Below, in pieces: positions 54,408 to 62,355 of a stretch of 64,000 nt of DNA. How positions within the stretch are numbered: position 1 is the first letter of the stretch; every line of letters begins with the position of its first letter. The notes under the pieces are model-generated. The model saw only the letters and a program-made list of their open reading frames with translations. It did not search any database and had not been told where the DNA came from. The DNA comes from Spirochaetota bacterium. GTDB taxonomy: Bacteria > Spirochaetota > Spirochaetia > Treponematales > Treponemataceae. The position numbers and the translations under genes are program-made. The DNA is taken from positions 12,830 to 76,829 of the forward strand of contig JAEWMY010000037.1 of NCBI GenBank assembly GCA_023393015.1. The letters run 5' to 3'.

Positions 54408-55388
54408 TCAACCCCCGCACGCCGCGTGCAATTCCTTGAGCTTCGGGACGAGTCCCGGGCCCGCCATCGACAGGGCCTTGGCGAAGAATGCCCGCGCCTT
54501 GTCGGTCTGGTCCATTTGCCTATAACACAGACCCATGTACATGAGGACCTCTCCCATTTGCGGGGATTTCGGGTCGTGGGAAACGAAGGCCGTCAGGAGC
54601 TGGACGCACCGCACGTAATCCTCCTGTTCGTAAAGGCTTTGTCCCGCGCCGACATAGGCCTTGCCGAGAACGGGCGTGTCGCCGATCTCGATGACCGAAT
54701 GATATTGCTTGTAGGCCTCGTCCCATTTACCCTGCCCGGCGAGACCCTCGGCGAGCGTCATGGCGAGGTTCGGATCGTTTCCCACCGGTCCGCCGGTCTT
54801 CCTCGTACCCGCGGGAACTCCCGCCAGCGACTCGGCCGTCCGCTCGCCGAAGGATCGCGAGGAGGTGAGCGTGTTTTGCGATATCTGCCGCATCTCCTGG
54901 ACGTGCTTGCCCGCCGGAAAGAGCTTGAGGTAGCGAACGGCCACTTCGGAGGCCGCGCGGTATTGCTGGGATTTGAAAAAACAGTTCGCGACCGAGAACA
55001 TGCCGTCGTCCGGGTTCGTCTGCTCCTCGCTGTGGAGGAGGGACTCGATCTGCCGGTGAATGTGTCTGAGCTGGTTCGAGAAGACCTTGAGCATCTTCAT
55101 GATGATTCGCGTATTCGACTGCGCGAAGGCCTCGAATTCCGTCGTGGTGAAGGAGAGGACTATCGCGTCGGTGAGGACCATGACGCTTTCCTCGCGGGGA
55201 AAATGTCCGAGGGCCGACTTGACGCCGAAAAACTCTCCCTCACGGATATACTCGGTTACCTGTTTGCCCGTTTCGATGTCTGTCGAGGTAAGCGCGATAC
55301 GGCCTTTTTGCAGGAGATACACCCGCTCGTCCACGTCGCCAGCGAAGTAAACAACGGAGTTCGGTTTGTACTGGACCGCTTTCGGCAT
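54408..55388 (-). CDS. cNMP-binding domain protein fused to TPR-like repeats
   Basis: YKPNSVVYFAGDVDERVYLLQKGRIALTS...EGEFFGVKSALGHFPREESVMV (cNMP-binding domain), then helical repeats (GKWDEAYKQYHSVIEI..., EDYVRCVQLLTAFVSHDP..., MGLCYRQMDQTDKARAFFAKAL). Confidence 0.8.
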   Translation of the reverse strand: MPKAVQYKPNSVVYFAGDVDERVYLLQKGRIALTSTDIETGKQVTEYIREGEFFGVKSALGHFPREESVMVLTDAIVLSFTTTEFEAFAQSNTRIIMKMLKVFSNQLRHIHRQIESLLHSEEQTNPDDGMFSVANCFFKSQQYRAASEVAVRYLKLFPAGKHVQEMRQISQNTLTSSRSFGERTAESLAGVPAGTRKTGGPVGNDPNLAMTLAEGLAGQGKWDEAYKQYHSVIEIGDTPVLGKAYVGAGQSLYEQEDYVRCVQLLTAFVSHDPKSPQMGEVLMYMGLCYRQMDQTDKARAFFAKALSMAGPGLVPKLKELHAACGG

Positions 55389-55410
55389 CGCTAACCCTCA
55401 ACACATTATA

Positions 55411-55427
55411 TGTGCCAGTATAGCACA
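55411..55427. promoter_or_regulatory. Crp/Fnr-like palindrome in the divergent promoter region
   Basis: TGTGC-cagtata-GCACA, 23 nt upstream of the cNMP-TPR gene start. It is similar to TGTGA-N6-TCACA but has a 7-nt spacer. Confidence 0.3.
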
Positions 55428-55472
55428 AAACCTGTGCATGCGTCCATTTTTTTGGTACTATGCGGATGTTAT

Positions 55473-56318
55473 ATGATTGATTTGCACGCCCACTCCACCG
55501 CCTCGGACGGCTCCCTTTCCCCTCGGGATCTCGTCGACCACGCCTTCGAGCGCGGCCTTTCCGTTCTCGCGCTTACCGACCACGATACCGTCGACGGAAA
55601 CGCCGAGGCAGCCTCGCGCGCCGCGGAGCTCGGCATGACCTTCGTTCCCGGCATAGAGCTCGACATCGAGTGGAAACCCGGCGAGTGCCATCTCTTGGGA
55701 TACGGCATCGAGCGTCCCGATTCGAGCCTCGTCGAGCTCCTCAAGCGGTTGATCGCCGGGCGAAACGCGCGAAACGCCGAGATCGCCGAGCGGATGCGTT
55801 CGGGCGGGATCGACATCGACCTCGAACGCGTCGAGGAGATCGCCGGCGGCGGTACCGTGGGCCGTCCCCATTTCGCCCAGTTTCTCGTGGAGACCCGCGT
55901 CGTCAGGACGCGCCAGCAGGCCTTTGACCGGTATCTCGCCAAGGATCGCCCGTATTACGTCGACCGCGCCGGAATTTCCCTGGACGACGGGATCGCGGCG
56001 ATACGCTCGTCGGGGGGAATCCCCGTGCTCGCGCATCCCTTGTCTCTCTACGCGTCCTGGGGCCATCTCGGCGGCATAATCGATTCCTTTCGCGAGCGCG
56101 GGATCGCCGGCCTCGAGGCATGGCACCCCGCGGCGCGCGTCGTCGATTGCGAACGGCTCGAAGCGCTCGCAGTCGAGAAGGGCCTTTTCGCTACGGCCGG
56201 CAGCGATTTCCACGGGGCGGCCCGTCCCGACCGGAAGCTCGGACGCACGGCCGGGAGGCGGGATATCGAGGATCGTTTCTGGACCGAGGGATTGGGAGCG
56301 GCCCTCGCCGGACGATAA
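55473..56318 (+). CDS. PHP-domain phosphoesterase (COG0613, TrpH/YciV-like), second paralogue in the window
   Basis: MIDLHAHSTASDGSLSPRDLVDHAFERGLSVLALTDHDTVDG...GIELDIEW...HLLGYG...VLAHP...GLEAWH...GSDFHG. Start is the ATG at 55473. Confidence 0.85.
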   Translation: MIDLHAHSTASDGSLSPRDLVDHAFERGLSVLALTDHDTVDGNAEAASRAAELGMTFVPGIELDIEWKPGECHLLGYGIERPDSSLVELLKRLIAGRNARNAEIAERMRSGGIDIDLERVEEIAGGGTVGRPHFAQFLVETRVVRTRQQAFDRYLAKDRPYYVDRAGISLDDGIAAIRSSGGIPVLAHPLSLYASWGHLGGIIDSFRERGIAGLEAWHPAARVVDCERLEALAVEKGLFATAGSDFHGAARPDRKLGRTAGRRDIEDRFWTEGLGAALAGR

Positions 56319-56351
56319 TCCGCCCTATGCGCGAGGCGCCCGCGTTCGAGC

Positions 56352-58106
56352 TCACAACATGTCCGGCGCGCCGTCCTCGCGTTTACGGAACCCCCAGGCC
56401 TCCGCGAGATGGGTCGCGGTGATGCGCTCGCTGTCGGCGAGGTCGGCTATCGTGCGCGCGACCTTCAGTATCCCGTGAGCCCCTCTTCCGGAAAGCCTTC
56501 CCTTTTCGATTATGTCCGTATAGGCCTCGCGCTCTTCCGTGCCGAGCTCGCAGATTCGCTCCGTTCGCTCGGGATCGAGGTGGGCGTTGAGCCAACTTCC
56601 GGTCTCTCCACCCGAGCGGGAATCCGGCAAACCTTCCTTGCGTCGCCATTGTCGTAGACGCGCCGCTGTGACCATTCGTCGAAGTTCCTCCGTGTCAATT
56701 GTGTTAGCGGAGTCGACAACGCGGGCGGAGTCGACGGCGCGGGCGGATAGGGCAGGGTAGGCCACCGGGGTCGAGCACGCGCGATCGGCGAGCGCCATTT
56801 CGCGACCCGCCGGAATCCCCGCGCGGACCCGCAGGTCGATGCGGTCGAGCAGGGGAGCGGCGAGCCGTTTCCAGTATCGCTCGACCGCGTCGGGGGGACA
56901 GACGCAGGCCCGGTCCGGGGTTCCGAAATTCCCGCAGGGACAGGGGTTCATCGAAAGAAGCAGTTGAAACCTCGCCGGATACGCGACCGTGATACCGGCC
57001 CTGCTGACGGTGACGTTTCCGGTTTCGAGCGGCCCGCGAAGCGCCTGGAGTACGTTCGTCCGGAATTGCGGCGCCTCGTCGAGAAAGAGCGTGCCTCCGT
57101 GGGCGAGCGAGATTTCCCCGGGTTTGAGGCGCAACCCCCCGCCCGTCATGCCCTCGAGGCTCGCCCCCTGATGCGGCGCGCGAAATGGCGGGACGCGGGC
57201 GAGCGACGGCGTCCCCCGATGATTGGTCGCAACGCGATCGTCGCCGCGGGCCGCGCCCGAGGCGACCGCGAAATCGGATTCGCCGTCATTCTCGTACGAG
57301 GGGAGGGTGAGTCCCGCGATTCCGTAGATTCTCGTCACGGTAATCGCCGTCTCGCGGTCGAGTTCGGGGAGGAGTAGCGGGAACTTGCGTATCGCGAGCG
57401 TCTTGCCGCATCCCGGCGGACCGTACGCGAGGAGGTGATGCCCTCCCGCCGCGGCGATCGCGAGGGCCCTGACAAGCCGGCGTTGCCCGTGAACGACCTC
57501 GAAGCCCTCGCGGTACGGCATGAAATTGACGGGGTACTCCCGCGCGGAAGAGCCGGTGTCGGGAGGGCTTCGGTTGGGTCGGCGGGGCGACGACCCGAGC
57601 GACGACAGGGCGTGAAAGGCCTCGGTAAGCGTGCGTACCCCGTGAACCCTCGCGTTTCCGCACACGCGCGCTTCCGCGGCGTTTTCGGCGGGCAGTATGA
57701 TGTCATCGATGCCCTCCTTTTCGCCCTGACACGCGGCCGCGAGAATTCCTTGCACCGGCCGTACCGTACCCGAAAGTTCCAGCTCCCCGAGAACCATCAC
57801 CCGGGGCCCTCCCGAGTCGGCGGTCATGCCCGCCGCCGTGCCGAGTACGGCGAGCGCGATCGGGAGGTCAAACGAGCTTCCTTCTTTTTTCAGGTTCGCG
57901 GGACTCAAGTTTATGAGAATCCGTTCCCGGGGGTAATCGAATCCCGAATTCCTGATCGCGGCGCGGATTCGCTCCCGCGCCTCGCGGATAGCCCCGTCGG
58001 GAAGGCCGACGATATCGATGGCCGGTATTCCCCTCCTGAGATCCGCCTCGACCTTGACGATCTCCCCCTCATAGCCGAACCGGGCGAAACTCGTGATTAC
58101 CATCAT
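56352..58106 (-). CDS. YifB/ComM-family Mg-chelatase-like AAA+ protein
   Basis: MMVITSFARFGYEGEIVKVEADLRRGIPAIDIVGLPDGAIREARERIRAAIRNSGFDYP...INLSPANLKKEGSSFDLPIALAVLG, then LLAYGPPGCGKTLA (Walker A), LFLDEAPQF (Walker B) and a C-terminal SGRGAHGILKVARTIADLA. The start ATG at 58106 follows GGAGG; the track ORF is shadow-extended to 58787. Confidence 0.9.
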   Translation of the reverse strand: MMVITSFARFGYEGEIVKVEADLRRGIPAIDIVGLPDGAIREARERIRAAIRNSGFDYPRERILINLSPANLKKEGSSFDLPIALAVLGTAAGMTADSGGPRVMVLGELELSGTVRPVQGILAAACQGEKEGIDDIILPAENAAEARVCGNARVHGVRTLTEAFHALSSLGSSPRRPNRSPPDTGSSAREYPVNFMPYREGFEVVHGQRRLVRALAIAAAGGHHLLAYGPPGCGKTLAIRKFPLLLPELDRETAITVTRIYGIAGLTLPSYENDGESDFAVASGAARGDDRVATNHRGTPSLARVPPFRAPHQGASLEGMTGGGLRLKPGEISLAHGGTLFLDEAPQFRTNVLQALRGPLETGNVTVSRAGITVAYPARFQLLLSMNPCPCGNFGTPDRACVCPPDAVERYWKRLAAPLLDRIDLRVRAGIPAGREMALADRACSTPVAYPALSARAVDSARVVDSANTIDTEELRRMVTAARLRQWRRKEGLPDSRSGGETGSWLNAHLDPERTERICELGTEEREAYTDIIEKGRLSGRGAHGILKVARTIADLADSERITATHLAEAWGFRKREDGAPDML

Positions 58107-58254
58107 AACCTCCGGGATAGTCTTTCCACCGGATTGGCCGTCGTGGCCGGAAAAAAAACGGCGCCCCGACGGCCGGAGGGGAATAGCCCGCGGCATTCTC
58201 ATTTTTCTGGCAAATTCTCGGCTCCGGTAGTACGATTCTCGAAGGAGAGTTTTT

Positions 58255-59316
58255 ATGGATAATAAGAAAAAAGAGGATGCTGAAAAAGACGCGGAGAAAA
58301 ACCGTGATCGTCTTGATGTCGTGTTGTTTTTTTCGTTTCTTGCGTTGTATATCGCGCTCGTATCGGTATTTTTTCCGGACGTCTGGTCGAAAACGCGTGA
58401 TTTGGCCGTCTCGGCGATCACGTTTCGGCGGTATCGCGTGAACTCCGATTCGTTCGGAGTATCCACGGCCGCGATACTTTCTGGATTTTTATACACTGTT
58501 TTGACGGGGATACTCGCCGTCTGTGCCCACTCTGTCGTCAGAAGGACAACGGGGTTTGACAAGCGCGATAACCTGAAATGGCTGGGCAAGCTGTCGGTCA
58601 CGCTGGGGGTGCTGTTCGTCCTTGTCGCGCCGGTCATTCTTACCGGAAGGCTGATCCTTTCTCCGGCGGGAAAACCGATAGGGTATGGCGAGTCTTGGAT
58701 AAGCGTGATGCAGTCGTATATCGGCGTTCTGGCCGTTTCGTTCGCCGTCGTCGTACCGCTCGTGTTTTTAAAGGGTCTGTTGTTCAACGGCGAGGTTCGC
58801 CAGTTTATCGGAATCGCCTTCCTGTTTCTCCTCGGTGTCGCCGTGTTTCTCGGCCTGCCGGCATTGTGCTGTTATTTGCTGTACGCGAAGGTTATCGTCT
58901 GGCCCGTCAGGTATCCTTACTGGGTTCAAGCGCTCGTTTTCGCGGTATTGTTCATCCCCCTGAAAGTCGGCTCCCGCCTGTCATCGGAATGGAACGACCG
59001 ATTCAAGAAGGTGCCCGCGGTGATCGCGTTTTGCGTTCTCCTGATGGCGTTTAACGTACTGGTCTTTCAGTACGCGGTGGTGCTCCAACGGCCGAGCGGC
59101 ATGTTGTTCGGCGTCGTATGGCTACTGCCCCTATTACGCGCGCTCTACGGATTAACCGGGAACGTGAAGCATACGATAGATACGCATTATGCGGGCAATA
59201 ATCAGAATCTCGTAACCTACACGCGTCTTGGATACGACGCTTCGATCGGCATCAGCCAGTTCTGGGTCGCCTTGTTTTCGGGATTGTTTCTGGCCGCGAC
59301 GATTTGGGGAAGGTAA
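58255..59316 (+). CDS. Polytopic membrane protein, unknown function (A/T-richer gene)
   Basis: The ATG at 58255 follows AAGGAGAG. It has a Lys/Glu-rich N-terminus and then ~9 hydrophobic spans. Composition is visibly more A/T-rich than the flanks. Confidence 0.65.
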   Translation: MDNKKKEDAEKDAEKNRDRLDVVLFFSFLALYIALVSVFFPDVWSKTRDLAVSAITFRRYRVNSDSFGVSTAAILSGFLYTVLTGILAVCAHSVVRRTTGFDKRDNLKWLGKLSVTLGVLFVLVAPVILTGRLILSPAGKPIGYGESWISVMQSYIGVLAVSFAVVVPLVFLKGLLFNGEVRQFIGIAFLFLLGVAVFLGLPALCCYLLYAKVIVWPVRYPYWVQALVFAVLFIPLKVGSRLSSEWNDRFKKVPAVIAFCVLLMAFNVLVFQYAVVLQRPSGMLFGVVWLLPLLRALYGLTGNVKHTIDTHYAGNNQNLVTYTRLGYDASIGISQFWVALFSGLFLAATIWGR

Positions 59317-59398
59317 GCCTCCACCGATTGACTTAACGGCCCAATCCGATAAAATTGAGGGTAAGGTCGGCGATGAAGCCGTTCTCAAGGGGTTTGCC

Positions 59399-60934
59399 GT
59401 GGATCTTCGTTCGTTGCATCCTGATCTCGTGTCTCAGCTTTCCGCGGAGGGCGTCGACCTTGACCGGATGCTCCGCTTCCTCGACGATCTCAACGCCGGG
59501 AAATTCGGCTCGCTTCCTTCGGGCGGGCCCTACGGGATACCCGCCATGCTGCATCCGTCCATCGTAGACCGTTGCGTTCCGGCTTCGTGGACGATGTCCC
59601 TCGCGGACGCGCGAGCGCGCTTCGATGAACTGGCCCTCGGCGTGACTCCCGAGTCCCTCGGAACGCTCGACGCTTCCGCGGGCGACGCCGTCCGCTTCGA
59701 CGAGGCGGGCTTGCGGACGATCGGAATCAGGCTCTATCCCAAGACCGCTTTCGGCGTCCTCAACGGCGGGGCCGCCACGAGCTACGCCGACGTCAAGAAA
59801 AACCGCTCGCTCGCGGGCGGGCTTTTCGAGTCGTACCGTTCCCGCTTCGAGTCTCTCGCAGAATCGTGCGGCGGCCTTCCGAAGGGGATAACGCCCGCGT
59901 TCATCAATGCGGACGGGACGGCTGGAGATTCCTTTCTTCTCCTGAAACTCCGCATGCTGTTGCTCCATCGGCTCGCCTACGCCGAGCTGACCGGCGGCGA
60001 TAGCGCGCTCGCCCTGCCCGCGTTCCAGATGACGAGCGTACATACCGACGAGGCGATCGCCTCGGCCCTGGACGAATACTCCGACCACCCATGGATCGTC
60101 CCGCTCGCCCGCCGCGCGGGGATGGACGGTTCCTCGATGCTGACCGGCTGCCAGACGATGATGGCGGCCATCACCCATTCGTCCGAGGGTATGCCGCGCC
60201 GCCTTTTCGACCGCGCGTGGGGAAAGGAGAACGCCGGAATCGCGATGCCCGGCGGGCACGGGCAGAACTTCGAGGTGCTCGCCCCGGTGTATCGCGCCCT
60301 CCTCGAGCGCGGCGTTCGCTACGCCTGGCTCGGGAATATCGACAACATGGGGTTCACGGTAGATCCCGTATCCCTCGCCGTTTTCGCACTGTCGGGGCGG
60401 ACGGCCGCTTTCGAGGAATCGTTCCGCACTCCGATGGACGTGAAGGGCGGCATCCTCGTGCGGGACGGGGCGGGGAGGTTTACCTGCGCCGATATCGGTC
60501 CCGCGATCTCGACGGAGGAGATGCTCGCCTTCGAACGCGCGGGGAATCGGGTTCTCTTCAATTGCGGTATAGGCCTCTTCGACCTCGAACGGCTCGTACC
60601 GCTTCTTGACGAGTTGCCGTTCCGCCTGCCGTTGCGGATAACAGACCAGGACAAGGACGCCGGACTCTACGCCCAAGCCGAGCAGATTACCTGGGAGGTA
60701 ATCGGTTTATTGGAAGATCCCCTCTTTTTCGCGGTCGACAAGAAACGGCGTTTTATCGCGGCCAAGATGTTGATGGAAACGCTTATGACGAGCTTGCCCC
60801 CCGACGGAACCGACGGTACGACGGGGGCTATCGGGGCGGTTTCGGCCGAATTGCATTCCGGGCTGGTTTCCCTCCTTGAGGGTGAATATGGCCTCCGACG
60901 CGTTGGAGCTCGTTGGTGTCCCGGAAATAAATAG
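59399..60934 (+). CDS. UDPGP-family (eukaryotic-type UTP-sugar-1-phosphate uridylyltransferase-like) nucleotidyltransferase
   Basis: AFGVLNGGAATSY resembles LNGGLGT[ST]MG, and WLGNIDNMGF resembles the N-x-DN-x-G block of PF01704-type enzymes. The start is uncertain (GTG 59399 or ATG 59468; the ORF opens at TTG 59228 inside the upstream gene). Confidence 0.55.
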   Translation: MDLRSLHPDLVSQLSAEGVDLDRMLRFLDDLNAGKFGSLPSGGPYGIPAMLHPSIVDRCVPASWTMSLADARARFDELALGVTPESLGTLDASAGDAVRFDEAGLRTIGIRLYPKTAFGVLNGGAATSYADVKKNRSLAGGLFESYRSRFESLAESCGGLPKGITPAFINADGTAGDSFLLLKLRMLLLHRLAYAELTGGDSALALPAFQMTSVHTDEAIASALDEYSDHPWIVPLARRAGMDGSSMLTGCQTMMAAITHSSEGMPRRLFDRAWGKENAGIAMPGGHGQNFEVLAPVYRALLERGVRYAWLGNIDNMGFTVDPVSLAVFALSGRTAAFEESFRTPMDVKGGILVRDGAGRFTCADIGPAISTEEMLAFERAGNRVLFNCGIGLFDLERLVPLLDELPFRLPLRITDQDKDAGLYAQAEQITWEVIGLLEDPLFFAVDKKRRFIAAKMLMETLMTSLPPDGTDGTTGAIGAVSAELHSGLVSLLEGEYGLRRVGARWCPGNK

Positions 60935-60957
60935 GAAAAAAAATAAGAAAAACTCTC

Positions 60958-60986
60958 TTGACAATCAGTTAAACCGGTTTAATAAT
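60958..60986 (+). promoter_or_regulatory. Sigma70-like promoter of the sugar ABC transporter operon
   Basis: TTGACA (60958-60963), a 17-nt spacer, then AATAAT (60981-60986). Confidence 0.5.
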
Positions 60987-61015
60987 GAAGTAAAGCGGTT
61001 TAATAAACCGCTTTA
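60969..61015. promoter_or_regulatory. Three operator-like palindromic sites (LacI/GalR-type AAACCGGTTT cores) overlapping and following the promoter
   Basis: A perfect 14-bp palindrome TTAAACCGGTTTAA (60969-60982) spans the spacer and -10 region. TAAAGCGGTTTA-a-TAAACCGCTTTA (60991-61015) is a perfect 12+12 inverted repeat whose arms are each near-copies of the first site. Confidence 0.55.
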
Positions 61016-61052
61016 GCTAGAAAAGTATCTTTCTATCTGTGGAGGAGAACCC

Positions 61053-62285
61053 ATGAAGAAGATGACGTGTGTCGCGATTGCAATCCTGATGTGCCTGGCG
61101 AGCCTCGCGGCCGCCCCGGTAGAGCTGGAGATGTACTACTACAAACAGGAGAACCAGGAAGGGCTCAAGAAGCTCACGGAGACCTATACCGCGAAGACGG
61201 GGGTCAAGATATCCCTATTGATCGTGCCGAACGACGCCGACGCCACGATGGCCGCCCGCGCCGCTCAGGGCAAGCTGCCCGATATTCTGCAGATGCAAAC
61301 CTACGCCCGCGTGTGGGAATACGCGAAGAAGGGCTTCGTGCTCGATCTTTCCTCACGACCTGTCATGAAGAAGATCGTCGACAGCTCCAAAGCCTCCGTC
61401 ACCTACGACGGGAAGATCTACGCCCTTCCGATGGATTACGCCGGAATCGGGATAATCTACAACAAGGAAATCTTCGCCAAGTACAAGCTCAAGGCCCCGA
61501 CGACCGCCCGCGAACTCGAGCGCGTCTGCGCGACGCTGAAAAAGAACGGGGTGACTCCCTTTGCGGGGCTTCTCGCCGAGAACTGGTCGGCCGGCCACTT
61601 TATCACCCTCGTGCACACGAGCCTTCTCGTGGGCGAGAAGAAAATCCCCGTGGACAAATTCGTCGCCGACATGAAGGCGGGGAAGACGAGTTACGGCGTC
61701 GTCGATACCGCCAAGCTCTTCGCGGCCCTCGATTTTTACCGGGACAACATGGATCCGAAGGCCGCCGAGTGGGGCTGGAACGAACAGCAGGCCGCGTTCG
61801 CGCAAGGGAAGGCCGCGATGATGGTACAGGGACTGTGGTCCTACGGCGCCGCCATCGCCACGAACCCGAAGCTTGATTGCGGATTCGTGCCGTATCCCGT
61901 GTTCAACAAGAAGGCCGACAACAAGATGTACGCGGATATCGATTCCTGCTTCGGCGTTTCGGCGCAGTCCCCCAAGGCCAAGCAGGAGGCCGCCCTCGCG
62001 TTCCTGGAGTGGCTCGCCTCTCCCGAGGCGCAAAAGATCTGGATCGAGGATTACAAGCTCGTTCCCGCCTTCAAGGGCGCCAATCTCTCGAGCATGAAAC
62101 AGCCCTTCCAGGACTTGCTCTCTTCTGTCGACAAGAACGGCGCCTACCCCTGGGCCTTCTCGTCGTATCCTACGGTCGTGTTCGAGGACGCGTGCAAGAA
62201 CGGCGCGCAGCAGTACATGTTCAAGAAGATCGCCGCCGAGAAGGTGATCGCGAACGTGGACGCCGCCTGGGCGACCGCGAAATAA
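61053..62285 (+). CDS. Sugar ABC transporter substrate-binding protein (family 1 SBP)
   Basis: Signal peptide MKKMTCVAIAILMCLASLAAA. LEMYYYKQENQEGLKKLTETYTAKTGVKI...ALPMDYAGIGIIYNKEIF...MMVQGLWSYG is the typical CUT1 SBP pattern. Confidence 0.9.
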   Translation: MKKMTCVAIAILMCLASLAAAPVELEMYYYKQENQEGLKKLTETYTAKTGVKISLLIVPNDADATMAARAAQGKLPDILQMQTYARVWEYAKKGFVLDLSSRPVMKKIVDSSKASVTYDGKIYALPMDYAGIGIIYNKEIFAKYKLKAPTTARELERVCATLKKNGVTPFAGLLAENWSAGHFITLVHTSLLVGEKKIPVDKFVADMKAGKTSYGVVDTAKLFAALDFYRDNMDPKAAEWGWNEQQAAFAQGKAAMMVQGLWSYGAAIATNPKLDCGFVPYPVFNKKADNKMYADIDSCFGVSAQSPKAKQEAALAFLEWLASPEAQKIWIEDYKLVPAFKGANLSSMKQPFQDLLSSVDKNGAYPWAFSSYPTVVFEDACKNGAQQYMFKKIAAEKVIANVDAAWATAK

Positions 62286-62355
62286 TCCTTCCGTGACCTG
62301 TCCCGGTTCCGCGCCGAGCGGAGCCGGGTTTTCCGGGCGTAGAGGAGGGCCGGGT

